This document shows, piece by piece, positions 1 to 10,027 of a DNA stretch of 58,304 bases. The translations under genes and the position numbers were made by a program. Below the pieces are notes generated by a model, which searched no databases, was not told the origin of the DNA, and saw nothing but the letters and a program-made list of their open reading frames with translations. The stretch comes from an uncultured Bartonella sp. (GTDB taxonomy: Bacteria > Pseudomonadota > Alphaproteobacteria > Rhizobiales > Rhizobiaceae), in NCBI GenBank assembly GCA_943913205.1, contig CALTWN010000001.1, positions 1 to 58,304 on the forward strand, in the 5' to 3' direction. How positions within the stretch are numbered: position 1 is the first letter of the stretch; each line of letters opens with the position of its first letter.

Positions 1-585
1 CCATTAAATAATGATAAAAAAGAAAATTATGCAATTTGGTTTGGAAGAATAACATCAGAAAAAGGAACCAAATATGCCGTCAAAGCAGCAAAAAAAGCTG
101 GTATACCTTTAAAGATTGCTGGTACTATTTATTGCGAAAAATATTTTAGTAAAAAAATAAAACCGCTACTCAATAAAAATATAGAATATATCGGAGTTTT
201 AGATCATACCGAGCTTCGCAAAACCATAGCAAAAGCCAAAGTAAGTTTATGTACGCCTAATTGGGAGGAACCATATGGTTTAGTTGTTGCAGAGGCCTTG
301 GCTTGTGGTACACCTGTAGTCTCTTTTGAGAGAGGAGCTATACCAGAGATTTTAGATAGTAAAAGCGGTATATTAGTAAAACTACAGAAAAAAGAACTAT
401 TTGGACGTATAAAAGCTGTCAAAAATTTAAGTAATGCATTATTAAAGGCGATAAATTTAAACTCTGATGATTGTCGAAAAAGAGCGGAAGAAATAGCAGA
501 CATCAATATAATGATTGATAAATACGAAAAGCTTTACTATTATCTTATAATGGCGAGAAAAAATTTAAATAATACAACAGGATAG
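1..585 (+). CDS. Glycosyltransferase family 4 (GT-B fold), 5'-truncated by the window edge
   Basis: Frame 1 is open from base 1: PLNNDKKENYAIWFGRITSEKGTKYAV...WEEPYGLVVAEALACGTPVVSFERGAIPEI. It carries the GT4 GRxxxEKG and EPxGxxxxEALACGTPV motifs. The ORF track captured only 298..585. Confidence 0.9.
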   Translation, partial: PLNNDKKENYAIWFGRITSEKGTKYAVKAAKKAGIPLKIAGTIYCEKYFSKKIKPLLNKNIEYIGVLDHTELRKTIAKAKVSLCTPNWEEPYGLVVAEALACGTPVVSFERGAIPEILDSKSGILVKLQKKELFGRIKAVKNLSNALLKAINLNSDDCRKRAEEIADINIMIDKYEKLYYYLIMARKNLNNTTG

Positions 586-596
586 CCATAGTTGAT

Positions 597-1610
597 ATGA
601 GCAAAATAGGCTACTATGTACACCATCAAGGAGATGGCCACCGCCAACGGGCTATTGCCATAGCTAGTAATGCCCCTGAATCCTTTACTATTATAGGCAC
701 AAATTTAAAAAATAGAACAAATGGATTATCATGTGTTGACTTACCAAATGATAATTTAACAGGTGTTGAGCGTAATGAGCATTTATTATCCACGCATTAT
801 ACCCCTTTAGGCGAACCTTTAATAACACAAAGAATGAAGAAAATAGCAGACTGGATTGCAGATAATAATCCGTGTTTAATGGTTGTGGATGTTTCTGTAG
901 AAATAGCTATGTTAGCAAGGCTATTTTCTGTTCCAGTTATTTATGTACGTCTTACCGGAAGCCGTTTTGACCCAGCCCATATGGATGCTTTTTTGGCGGC
1001 AGAAGCCTTGTTATGCCCATTCTCACAGCAGCTAGAACTAGATGAAGTACCTTCTTGGATAAAACAAAAATGTTATTATTTTGCTAATCTAACTCCTAAT
1101 ATATCTAGCCTTGCAACAACACAAGCAAATAATATTGTAGTATTATTAGGTGCCGGCGGTCACGAATTTAAAATAGAAAATTTAATTGATTTAGCCTATC
1201 AATTATCTAATTGGAATATTAATGTTTTAGGAATTGTAGAAAATAATAATAATTTTAATTTACCACAAAACTTGCATTTGAACGGATGGGTTGAAAATTA
1301 CGCCAATTATATTGAAAAGGCTGCAGTAATTGTAGGGGCAGCTGGCGATGGTGTTTTAGCTAATGTTTTGAACTTTAAAAAGCCATATATATGCGTTCCT
1401 CAAAAACGGGCTTTTGGCGAGCAAATAGAAAAAGCTAAATCATTAAAAAAATTAGGCATTGAAGTAATCTTTGATTTAAATCAGGTAAATTGGCATAGTT
1501 TAATTTTAACTACTATTGCAAAAGGCCCTATTATTACTAAAATAGATGATAATTCTACAGCATATGATGCCGCCAAAATGATACTGAATATAGTGAAAAG
1601 GAAACTATGA
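597..1610 (+). CDS. GT-B glycosyltransferase with GT28 C-terminal-like domain
   Basis: N-terminal IGYYVHHQGDGHRQRA, then VVLLGAGG, VIVGAAGDG and PQKRAFGEQ (MurG/GT28-like nucleotide-sugar binding). AGGA lies upstream. Confidence 0.8.
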   Translation: MSKIGYYVHHQGDGHRQRAIAIASNAPESFTIIGTNLKNRTNGLSCVDLPNDNLTGVERNEHLLSTHYTPLGEPLITQRMKKIADWIADNNPCLMVVDVSVEIAMLARLFSVPVIYVRLTGSRFDPAHMDAFLAAEALLCPFSQQLELDEVPSWIKQKCYYFANLTPNISSLATTQANNIVVLLGAGGHEFKIENLIDLAYQLSNWNINVLGIVENNNNFNLPQNLHLNGWVENYANYIEKAAVIVGAAGDGVLANVLNFKKPYICVPQKRAFGEQIEKAKSLKKLGIEVIFDLNQVNWHSLILTTIAKGPIITKIDDNSTAYDAAKMILNIVKRKL

Positions 1611-2491
1611 TGTTTAGCGTTTTAACCTTAAATAAAAATAGAACGAATCATCTATCTGCCCTTATAAAAGGATTAAACCGCTCTACTAAATTTCCAAAAG
1701 AATTAATAATTGTTGAAATGAGCGATAATCCTGAAGAGTTTTATTCTCCTAATTTTACTATTAAAACAATATTTTTAAAAAGTGATAAGCTATTGCTTGC
1801 AAAGGCAAGAAATATGGCAGCTAATGCCGCCACTACTGAGAAATTATTATTTCTTGACGTAGATTGTATACCCGCACATGATTTTGTAGCCAGTATGAGC
1901 GATGCTTTAGATAAATATGATGATCTTATAACCTGTGATGTTTATTATTTACCTAAAGGATGCATCAAATATAATAAACCCGATTTACCCCCAGAGGCCT
2001 ATTTAATTAAAAAGGGCAAATCGAAATATAGATTTTTTGAACAAGACAAAATTAAGCCTGGGCCTTATAAATTATTTTGGTCGCTAGCATTTGGTGTTAA
2101 CAAAAGAATTTTTGAAAAAATTGGCGGATTTTGTGAAGAGTTCGTAGGCTATGGTGCTGAAGATACAGAATTTGCATATAGAGCTAAGCAAAAAAATATC
2201 AACCATATGATGTCTGGTATGACAAGAGTGTTTCACCAATATCATCCGGTACATACCCACCCTTATTCACATTTTCAAGATATTGTGCGTAATGCTGAAA
2301 CTTATTATAAATTATGCGGCTATTGGACTATGGATGAATGGCTTAGCCAGTTTCAGAAATATGGTTTTATAGAGTGGAATGAAACAAATATTAAAATATT
2401 AAAATATCCTAAAACAAAATTAATACCTGGCAATAATTCTTTTGTTCACTTTCTAAATAAAATACTATTTAACATTTCAAAGGTGCTATAA
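1607..2491 (+). CDS. Glycosyltransferase family 2 (GT-A) with Glyco_transf_7C-like C-terminus
   Basis: LAKARN, FLDVDC (DxD motif) and GGFCEEFVGYGAEDTEF. ATGA overlap with the upstream gene. Confidence 0.88.
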   Translation: MMFSVLTLNKNRTNHLSALIKGLNRSTKFPKELIIVEMSDNPEEFYSPNFTIKTIFLKSDKLLLAKARNMAANAATTEKLLFLDVDCIPAHDFVASMSDALDKYDDLITCDVYYLPKGCIKYNKPDLPPEAYLIKKGKSKYRFFEQDKIKPGPYKLFWSLAFGVNKRIFEKIGGFCEEFVGYGAEDTEFAYRAKQKNINHMMSGMTRVFHQYHPVHTHPYSHFQDIVRNAETYYKLCGYWTMDEWLSQFQKYGFIEWNETNIKILKYPKTKLIPGNNSFVHFLNKILFNISKVL

Positions 2492-4981
2492 ATGAAACCT
2501 TATCGTTTTTCCGCTATATTATATTCTATAATTCTTATAATAGGTATTGCCTTAGCCTTACCAAACTTATTTAACAAAGAATTTATGCATAAATATTTGC
2601 CCTTTTTACCTGATACACATGTAACTTTGGGGCTAGATTTAAAAGGCGGATCTTATTTAGTACTAGAAATAGATAAAGCAGCATTAATTCGAGAAAAATT
2701 ACATGATAAAATTGCAAAAATAAATAAGCTTTTTACTCAAAATAATATTGTTACTAATAATTTACAAAAGCTAGATAATAAGGCCACTTTTACTTTACAA
2801 GATCCAAAACAAATAAACGAAGCTTTATCTATAATAAAAAAAATAGATGATAATAGCGGAATAGAAATAGCCTCAAATGGCAATCAAATTAGTATAAATT
2901 TAAGTGAGAGCGCTTTAAAAACACAGCTAGATCAAGCGCTTATTCAAAGTATTGAAATTATTAGAAAAAGAGTTGACGAAGTTGGAGTTGCTGAACCTTC
3001 TATTCAAAAAATAGGCGCAAATCGCATTATGGTTCAATTGCCTGGCATGCAGAAACCCGGTGAATTACGTACCTTATTAGGTAAAACAGCAAAATTAACA
3101 TTTCATTTTGTAGATAGAAGTGCTGATAAAAATGATCCTCCTATTGGCGTAAGCGTTTTACCTAGCTTTAATTCAAAGGATACTAAATTTGCAATAAAAG
3201 ATGAAGTATCACTTGATGGTAGCGCCCTAACAGATGCTAGAGCTTTTGAAGATATGAATGTTCCTGGAGGCATGGTAAAAATTCTATTTAAATTAAATAG
3301 TGAAGGAGCTCGTATTTTTCGTGAAATAACAGAAGAAAATATTGGTCAGGCTTTTGCTATTGTATTGGATGATAAAGTTCTTACAGCGCCCACTATACAA
3401 GGCGTTATACCAAATGGTAGCGGTGAAATTACAGGTAGCTTTACTATGAAAGAAGCTATACAAATATCAGCTCTTTTACGAGCTGGCGCATTGCCAGTTC
3501 CGCTAACAGTTGTTGAGGAACACACTGTAGGACCAGATTTGGGTGCACATGCTATACATATGGGACTTTATACTGGTATAGTTGGTTTTATATTAGTTGC
3601 TATCTTTATCTTTTTATTATACGGAAGCTGGGGGCTTATAGCTGATATAGCTTTAGCATTGCATACTATACTGACCTTTTCTGCTTTAAGCTTATTAGGC
3701 GCAACCCTTACCCTTCCTGGTATTGCTGGTATTATATTGGGTATAGGGGTGGCAGTAGATGCCAATATCTTAATAAATGAAAGAATTAAAGAAGAATCTA
3801 GGCGAGGTATGAGCGCATTGGCAGCGGTTGAGCGCGGCTTTAAACAGGCTTTTTCTACTATCGTTGATGCTAATGTTACCGCTATCATTGCTACTATTTT
3901 ACTTTATTATTATGGTTCTGGTCCCGTACGTGGTTTTGCAGTTACTATGGGGTTAGGAATAATAATTTCTATGTTTACCGATGTTACTTTAGTACGTATA
4001 ATAATGCTATGGGTTATCAGAAAAAGGGCTATAAGAAATATTGAGATAACACCCTTTTTTAAATTCTTACCTATAACGACCAAAATTAAATTTATGAATG
4101 CTCGTTTTTTAGGTATTGCTGTATCTATAGTGCTTTCATTAGCTTCGGTTTTTTTAATGCATAAGCCTGGTTTAAACTATGGTATAGATTTTAAAGGTGG
4201 GATTCAAATGTTAATTACTCCACATGAAACAGCAGATTTAGAAAAATTAAGACAAACGCTTTCAGCTTTAAAAATAGGTGAAGTAGGTTTACAAAAAGTC
4301 AAAGAAAATAATTCCATTCTTATTCATATAGAAAAACAACCAGGTTCTGAACTACTACAAACTCAAACGGCAGATAAGGCAAGAGCCGCAATAACAAAGC
4401 TATACCCTAAAGCAATTTTTGGTAGCACTGAGGTTATTGGTCCTAAAGTTTCAGGTGAACTAGCAAAAAGCGGTTTTATGGCTGTTATTCTGGCAAGCAT
4501 TGCCACCACACTTTATATATGGTGGCGCTTTGAATGGTTTTTTGCCGTTGGAGCTATAATAACCTTAATCTTAGATGTTACAAAAATGGTGGGCTTTTTT
4601 GCTTTATTCCAAATAGACTTTAATCTTACAGCTATAGCCGCTATGCTTACTATTGTGGGCTATTCTATTAATGATAAAGTTGTTGTATATGACAGAATGC
4701 GAGAAAATTTAAGATTGTATAAAACAATGCCTCTGCGACAAATTATTGATATGTCTATAAATCAAGTATTTATACGCTGTTTATTTACTTCCCTAGCTAC
4801 TATTTTAGCTATGTTGCCTATGGCGATATGGGGAGGCATTGCAGTACATAATTTCTCTATACCAGTTATAATGGGAATTATTATAGCCACCTCCTCTTCT
4901 ATTTTTATAGCAACACCTATTTTACTTTTTTTAGGTAATTGGAGGCAAACTAAGCTAAAAACTACTAACAAAAACAACTAG
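2492..4981 (+). CDS. secDF: Fused protein translocase subunit SecDF
   Basis: LGLDLKGG, LRAGALP and VDANILINERIKEE (SecD); GIDFKGG and GYSINDKVVVYDRMREN (SecF). Confidence 0.96.
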   Translation: MKPYRFSAILYSIILIIGIALALPNLFNKEFMHKYLPFLPDTHVTLGLDLKGGSYLVLEIDKAALIREKLHDKIAKINKLFTQNNIVTNNLQKLDNKATFTLQDPKQINEALSIIKKIDDNSGIEIASNGNQISINLSESALKTQLDQALIQSIEIIRKRVDEVGVAEPSIQKIGANRIMVQLPGMQKPGELRTLLGKTAKLTFHFVDRSADKNDPPIGVSVLPSFNSKDTKFAIKDEVSLDGSALTDARAFEDMNVPGGMVKILFKLNSEGARIFREITEENIGQAFAIVLDDKVLTAPTIQGVIPNGSGEITGSFTMKEAIQISALLRAGALPVPLTVVEEHTVGPDLGAHAIHMGLYTGIVGFILVAIFIFLLYGSWGLIADIALALHTILTFSALSLLGATLTLPGIAGIILGIGVAVDANILINERIKEESRRGMSALAAVERGFKQAFSTIVDANVTAIIATILLYYYGSGPVRGFAVTMGLGIIISMFTDVTLVRIIMLWVIRKRAIRNIEITPFFKFLPITTKIKFMNARFLGIAVSIVLSLASVFLMHKPGLNYGIDFKGGIQMLITPHETADLEKLRQTLSALKIGEVGLQKVKENNSILIHIEKQPGSELLQTQTADKARAAITKLYPKAIFGSTEVIGPKVSGELAKSGFMAVILASIATTLYIWWRFEWFFAVGAIITLILDVTKMVGFFALFQIDFNLTAIAAMLTIVGYSINDKVVVYDRMRENLRLYKTMPLRQIIDMSINQVFIRCLFTSLATILAMLPMAIWGGIAVHNFSIPVIMGIIIATSSSIFIATPILLFLGNWRQTKLKTTNKNN

Positions 4982-5064
4982 CTTACTTATTTTAATAATG
5001 TAATAATATATAGAGATTATAATATTATGTGTTAATATACTAAAAGCGAGCGAAAGGTAAAAAA

Positions 5065-6792
5065 ATGTCGGCTAGTACACCACTTATTACTACTATTAGT
5101 GTGGGTCTTTGCCTAGCCTTTTTGTTCGGTATTTTAGCAAATAAGGTTAAAATCTCTCCTTTAGTTGGTTATTTACTTGCTGGTATAATTGTAGGTCCTT
5201 ATACAGGCGGTTTTTATGCTGATCCTGAGCTTACACATCAATTAGCCGAATTTGGTGTATTGTTACTTATGTTCGGTATAGGTTTACATTTTTCTTGGAA
5301 AGATTTACTTTCTGTTAAAAAAATTGTTATTCCTGGCGCTCTTTTGCAAATGACAGCTGCTACTATATTTGGAACCATATTAGGAAAATTTATGGGCTGG
5401 TCAATAGATACTAGCGCTGTTTTTGGTATTTCCTTGGCAACGGCCTCCACCGTTGTAGTACTAAGAAATTTACAAGAAAGAAACATAATTGATAAAGAAA
5501 GACATATAGCTGTAGGTTGGTTAGTTGTAGAAGATATAGCTATGGTCTTCGCTTTAGTTTTAATACCGGCTTTAGGGGCTATTTTACGTGGCGATAAAAC
5601 TGCTCATTATACTGATTTATCTTTGCTATATTTAGTTGCTATAACTTTAATTAAAGTTATATCTTTTATAGTTGTAACATTGATGGTTGGTAGACGTGTC
5701 ATACCTTGGCTACTAGCTATAACCGCTAGAACTGGTTCACGTGAATTATTTCGTTTAAGTATTTTAGCCATAGCTTTAGGTGTAGCATATGTTGCTGCAT
5801 CTCTTTTTGGGGTTTCACTTTCCTTAGGTGCTTTCTTTGCTGGAATGATTATGAGCGAAACAGATATGAGTCACCAAGCAGCAGAAGAGTCTTTACCTTT
5901 ACGAGATGCTTTTGCTGTATTATTCTTTGTATCTGTAGGAATGCTATTTAATCCATTTACTATAATTCATCATTTTTTTCCTTTAATGCTCACACTCGTA
6001 ATAGTAATTATAGGTAATTCATCAGTTGCATATGCAATTATGCGAATTTTTCGTTACAATATAAAAACTTCATTAATAATATCCTGCTGTATGGCACAAA
6101 TTGGTGAATTTGCATTTATTTTAGCAAATGTAGCTAACAATTTAAAAATAATAAATAGTTTGGCTAAAGACTTAATTATAGGTGCCGCTATTATTTCAAT
6201 AATTTTAAATCCTCTTGTTTTTAAAATTGGTGAAAAATTAAGAAAATATTTAGAACAAAAAAATATTAACGACCCTCTAGATCAAGATATTATAACTATA
6301 ATAGAAGAAGATAAAGACGAAAATTCTTTACCTAGTTTGGCCTTTAAAAATCATACTATCATAATAGGTTTTGGAGTTGTTGGAACAAAAGTTTTTAATA
6401 GCTTACTGCAGCATAATGAGCCTATAGTAGTTATAGATGATTCAGGAAAGTCACTAGAATTTAAACAAGTAAAATCTGATAATATTAGTTATATTCGCGG
6501 TAATGGTGTAAAGGCTGAAATATTAAAAGCTGCAAATATAGAGGAGGCAAAATTATTAATTATAAGTATGTCGCATAGTTTTGAAGCTGGGCAAATTATA
6601 ATAGAAGTGCGTAAAGCTAATAAAGATATAATAATTTTGGCTGTTGCTCAATATGAGGCAGAGGCCGAATATTTATTGGGTACTGGCGCAAACCAAGTAA
6701 TAATTAGCGCTGAGGAAACAGCTAATAAATTGATCAAGTTAGTTTATGAAGAACAAAACACCGTAACAGCCAATGTTATAGCGATATCTTAA
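5065..6792 (+). CDS. ybaL: CPA2-family cation:proton antiporter with C-terminal TrkA_N domain (YbaL/RosB-like)
   Basis: TPLITTI...ISPLVGYLLAG...LLMFGIGLHFS and LPLRDAFAVLFFVSVG; C-terminal IIIGFGVVG Rossmann motif. Confidence 0.88.
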   Translation: MSASTPLITTISVGLCLAFLFGILANKVKISPLVGYLLAGIIVGPYTGGFYADPELTHQLAEFGVLLLMFGIGLHFSWKDLLSVKKIVIPGALLQMTAATIFGTILGKFMGWSIDTSAVFGISLATASTVVVLRNLQERNIIDKERHIAVGWLVVEDIAMVFALVLIPALGAILRGDKTAHYTDLSLLYLVAITLIKVISFIVVTLMVGRRVIPWLLAITARTGSRELFRLSILAIALGVAYVAASLFGVSLSLGAFFAGMIMSETDMSHQAAEESLPLRDAFAVLFFVSVGMLFNPFTIIHHFFPLMLTLVIVIIGNSSVAYAIMRIFRYNIKTSLIISCCMAQIGEFAFILANVANNLKIINSLAKDLIIGAAIISIILNPLVFKIGEKLRKYLEQKNINDPLDQDIITIIEEDKDENSLPSLAFKNHTIIIGFGVVGTKVFNSLLQHNEPIVVIDDSGKSLEFKQVKSDNISYIRGNGVKAEILKAANIEEAKLLIISMSHSFEAGQIIIEVRKANKDIIILAVAQYEAEAEYLLGTGANQVIISAEETANKLIKLVYEEQNTVTANVIAIS

Positions 6793-6805
6793 ATATGGAG
6801 TTTTT

Positions 6806-7813
6806 GTGAAAAATAAAGCTTATTTGCAATATATGTGGCCTATATTTGGCATTATAGTTATGTTGTTCTCAGCAAAAATACTATATAATGAATTTCATAA
6901 CCCGCATAGCGAATTATCTCATTTAGATTGGCATGATTTAATTACGCGCATACAAAGCATACCACATATTAGGTGGCTTGGCGCTACTATATGTACTATA
7001 ATAGCTTATCTATCTTTAGCCGAATATGATAAAATAGCCTTAGAGCACTTGCAAAGAAAAATTTCGTGGTGGTTTATAGCTGCTGCTTCTTTTACTGCCT
7101 ATACTATTTCGCATAGCATTGGTGCTTCTATTTTTTCAGGAGCTGCTATTCGCTACCGCGCATATTCAACAAAAGGCTTAACAGGTGCTGAAGTTGCTAT
7201 ATTAGTTGCTTTTTGTTCTTTTACTTTTGTTATGGGTGTAATACTTCTTTTAGGCGGTTTGTTGCTATTTAATCCTAGCCTAGCATTAATGCTGCAGCCT
7301 GAAATTGGCAAGCTTTTTAATTATATAATTACCCCCTATTCTTTAAAATGCGCCGCATTTATCACCGCTGTTATTTTATTACTTCTTGTATGTATATATA
7401 TATTTGGTAGCTGGCTACATTTACCTCCTATCAAAATAGGCAAGCATTTAAAAATAGTTTATCCAAAATTAAAAATTGTTGCAAAGCAAATTGTGGTAGG
7501 ACCTTTAGAGCTTTTAGCTTCTAGCGGAATAATATATTTTATGTTACCACCTTCAACACATATTGGTTTTGCTTCAGTAACAATAGCTTTTTTACTATGT
7601 TTTGCTTTAGGTATTTTATCTAACGCACCGGGAGGCGGTTTGGGTATATTTGAATTGAGCTTTATTAGCTTATTCCCAGAACAAGATGCACGTAATATTT
7701 TAGTGGCATTGATAGTTTTTAGATTTTTTTATATAATAATACCATTATTAATATCTACAATATTTGTTGGCATTTTTGAGTTTTTTGAATACAGAAAACG
7801 GCAAGCTATTTAA
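6806..7813 (+). CDS. UPF0104/YbhN-like membrane protein (lysylphosphatidylglycerol synthase TM domain)
   Basis: Polytopic protein with YD..AL, SGAAIRYRAYS and APGGGLGIFE motifs. GTG start preceded by GGAG. Confidence 0.8.
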   Translation: MKNKAYLQYMWPIFGIIVMLFSAKILYNEFHNPHSELSHLDWHDLITRIQSIPHIRWLGATICTIIAYLSLAEYDKIALEHLQRKISWWFIAAASFTAYTISHSIGASIFSGAAIRYRAYSTKGLTGAEVAILVAFCSFTFVMGVILLLGGLLLFNPSLALMLQPEIGKLFNYIITPYSLKCAAFITAVILLLLVCIYIFGSWLHLPPIKIGKHLKIVYPKLKIVAKQIVVGPLELLASSGIIYFMLPPSTHIGFASVTIAFLLCFALGILSNAPGGGLGIFELSFISLFPEQDARNILVALIVFRFFYIIIPLLISTIFVGIFEFFEYRKRQAI

Positions 7814-8432
7814 CTCTGGTAAGCTCCACCCCCACCGCACCATTTATTAACTCTAATTTTTCTATACGAATTTTTACGCAAAGCACCAAAGGATGGCTTA
7901 ACACCATATCGCATACTTCTTCAGCTAAAGACTCCAACAGTTCTAAATGTTTATCTTTGGTCACAGACGTTATAGCATCTAGTATAATATCATATGAAAA
8001 CACATTTTCTATATTATCTGTTTTTTTGTTTTTCAAAGTTTGTACGCATAAATTAAAACATAGTTTTTGCTTTTTATTATATTCGTGTTTATATGCGCCT
8101 ACTTCAGCTGCAATAATATAATCTCTGACGATTATATTATATTTTTCCTGTAGGTTATTATTTGCTTTATATTGTGTTTTTGATCTTATTTCAACATCAT
8201 AAGGCAAAAGTCGCGCTATATCAGGCTGCTCAAAATTGCCCGACAATATTATCTTAATAGATTTTTTTTTTGCGAATTTTAAAATATTTATAAGCTCATA
8301 TATATCAAATAGCTCCCAATAAAAATTTTCATTAGAAATTAAATTTAATATTATAGGCTCTTTATTATCAAATTTAGGTAAAAAAGTTTTAATATTTATC
8401 AGCTCATCATTAGTATAAACATCTAGCTGCAT
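7806..8432 (-). CDS. folB: Dihydroneopterin aldolase with an N-terminal remnant of an MfnB/DUF556 domain
   Basis: C-terminal ~110 aa: VGAYKHE...Q, SYD, LLESLAEE, IEKLE...VGVELTR. N-terminal LSGNFEQPDIARLLPY resembles the DUF556 C-terminus. Confidence 0.8.
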   Translation of the reverse strand: MQLDVYTNDELINIKTFLPKFDNKEPIILNLISNENFYWELFDIYELINILKFAKKKSIKIILSGNFEQPDIARLLPYDVEIRSKTQYKANNNLQEKYNIIVRDYIIAAEVGAYKHEYNKKQKLCFNLCVQTLKNKKTDNIENVFSYDIILDAITSVTKDKHLELLESLAEEVCDMVLSHPLVLCVKIRIEKLELINGAVGVELTRVK

Positions 8433-8442
8433 ATAAAATTAC

Positions 8443-9990
8443 CTATTTACTATAAATATGAACTTTAGAAATATTATTTCTGTCCATTCCTACCACTTTA
8501 AAACATAAATTATGCTCGCAGAACTCTTCATCTTGTACCGGAATGCGACCTAAATGCCATAATATATAGCCAGCTAACGTGGTATATCTATCATTTTCAT
8601 CAACCAAATTTTGCTCCAAAACATTGCTTAGATATCTTATATCAACAGCTGCATTCACCATCCAGCTTCCGTCTTCTAATTTTTCTACAATATTTGGCTT
8701 ATCATCTTCATGAACAAAATTACCAGAAATAGCTTTAAAAATGTCTGTAGGGGTAACTATACCTTCAAAAGAGCCATGTTCATCAACAACTATAGCTATT
8801 TGTACGGACATTTGGCGCATTTTTTCCATTAAGCTAAGTACATCGGTATTTTCATGTACAACTAAAGGGTTATGCATCACTTTTTGCCAGTTTATTTTAG
8901 TTCCATCAATAAGACTTGCAAGTAAGTCTTTAGCCATAACTACACCAACAAACTCATCAACTACATTACGCGCTACAATAACACGGCTATGTGTTAAATT
9001 TCTTATATCTTCGCGTAGTACCTCATTACTATCTGCTAAATCTAACCACTCAACTTCATTTCTCGGCGACATAATAGAACGTACTGAGCGTTCTGCTAAG
9101 TCTAGCACACCCTTTATCATTTCTTTTTCTGTTGGTTTGAAAACCTCAGTTTCAATAGCCCGATCGGCTATAACTTCAACTTCATTTGATAACGTGCCAA
9201 TGTTATTTGATTTGTCTCCACCTAATAAGCGCAAAACCATACCAGCTGTTCTGCTACGCAAGTCTGTAGTTGGAACCGATTTTTTACGATTTCTATAAGC
9301 AAATTGATTCATGGCTTCTACGCATATTGAAAAACCTATAGCAGCGTATAAATAACCTTTAGGCATTTCAACATTAAAAGCTTCAACAACTAAGTTAAAA
9401 CCTATCATTAGTAAAAAGCCTAAGCATAAAATAATTACCGTTGGATGTTTAGTAATAAATTTCATTAGAGTATTAGAAGCTAGAAGCATAATAACTATAG
9501 CGATAAATATAGCAGCGACCATTATTTTTAAATCATGTACCATACCAACAGCTGTTATAATGCTGTCTACTGAAAAAATAGCATCTAGAACTACTATTTG
9601 AGCAATAACATGCCATAATGCTGTTTTACGCGCCTCTACTTTTCTTTCGTAAATCTCTCCTTCTATTCTTTCATGTAATTCAATAGTAGCTTTAGTTAAT
9701 AAAAATATTCCCCCCACCAGCAAAATTATATTTCTGGCTGCAAAATCTATCCCATATACAGTAAATAAGGGTTTAGTTAGCCCAACAATCCAGCTCATAG
9801 TAAATAATAGTAACAATCTTGTAATTAAGGCAAAAGAAAGTCCTATAATATTTGCTTTTTTAGCTAAATTAGGCGCTAATTTACTAGCTAGTAAACTAAT
9901 AAATACTAAATTATCTATACCTAGCCCAAGTTCTAACAATGTTAATGTTAAAAACCCCAATACACTATTTGTACCTATAATATTTTCCAT
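8443..9990 (-). CDS. TerC-family membrane protein with CBS pair and CorC/HlyC domain (YoaE/YegH-like)
   Basis: LELGLGIDNLVFI, DAIFSVDSIITAVG, PKGYLYAAIGFS, VVDEHGSFEGIVTPTD and YTTLAG. Confidence 0.92.
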   Translation of the reverse strand: MENIIGTNSVLGFLTLTLLELGLGIDNLVFISLLASKLAPNLAKKANIIGLSFALITRLLLLFTMSWIVGLTKPLFTVYGIDFAARNIILLVGGIFLLTKATIELHERIEGEIYERKVEARKTALWHVIAQIVVLDAIFSVDSIITAVGMVHDLKIMVAAIFIAIVIMLLASNTLMKFITKHPTVIILCLGFLLMIGFNLVVEAFNVEMPKGYLYAAIGFSICVEAMNQFAYRNRKKSVPTTDLRSRTAGMVLRLLGGDKSNNIGTLSNEVEVIADRAIETEVFKPTEKEMIKGVLDLAERSVRSIMSPRNEVEWLDLADSNEVLREDIRNLTHSRVIVARNVVDEFVGVVMAKDLLASLIDGTKINWQKVMHNPLVVHENTDVLSLMEKMRQMSVQIAIVVDEHGSFEGIVTPTDIFKAISGNFVHEDDKPNIVEKLEDGSWMVNAAVDIRYLSNVLEQNLVDENDRYTTLAGYILWHLGRIPVQDEEFCEHNLCFKVVGMDRNNISKVHIYSK

Positions 9991-10027
9991 TTTTTGTAAA
10001 AATTACCTCTTTAAATACAATATAGGC

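Noticed and set aside
9991..10027. yybP-ykoY manganese riboswitch upstream of terC (also sought upstream of DUF475 and mntH)
   Set aside because: The terC spacer is only 37 bp, and I found no matching structure at any of the three sites.
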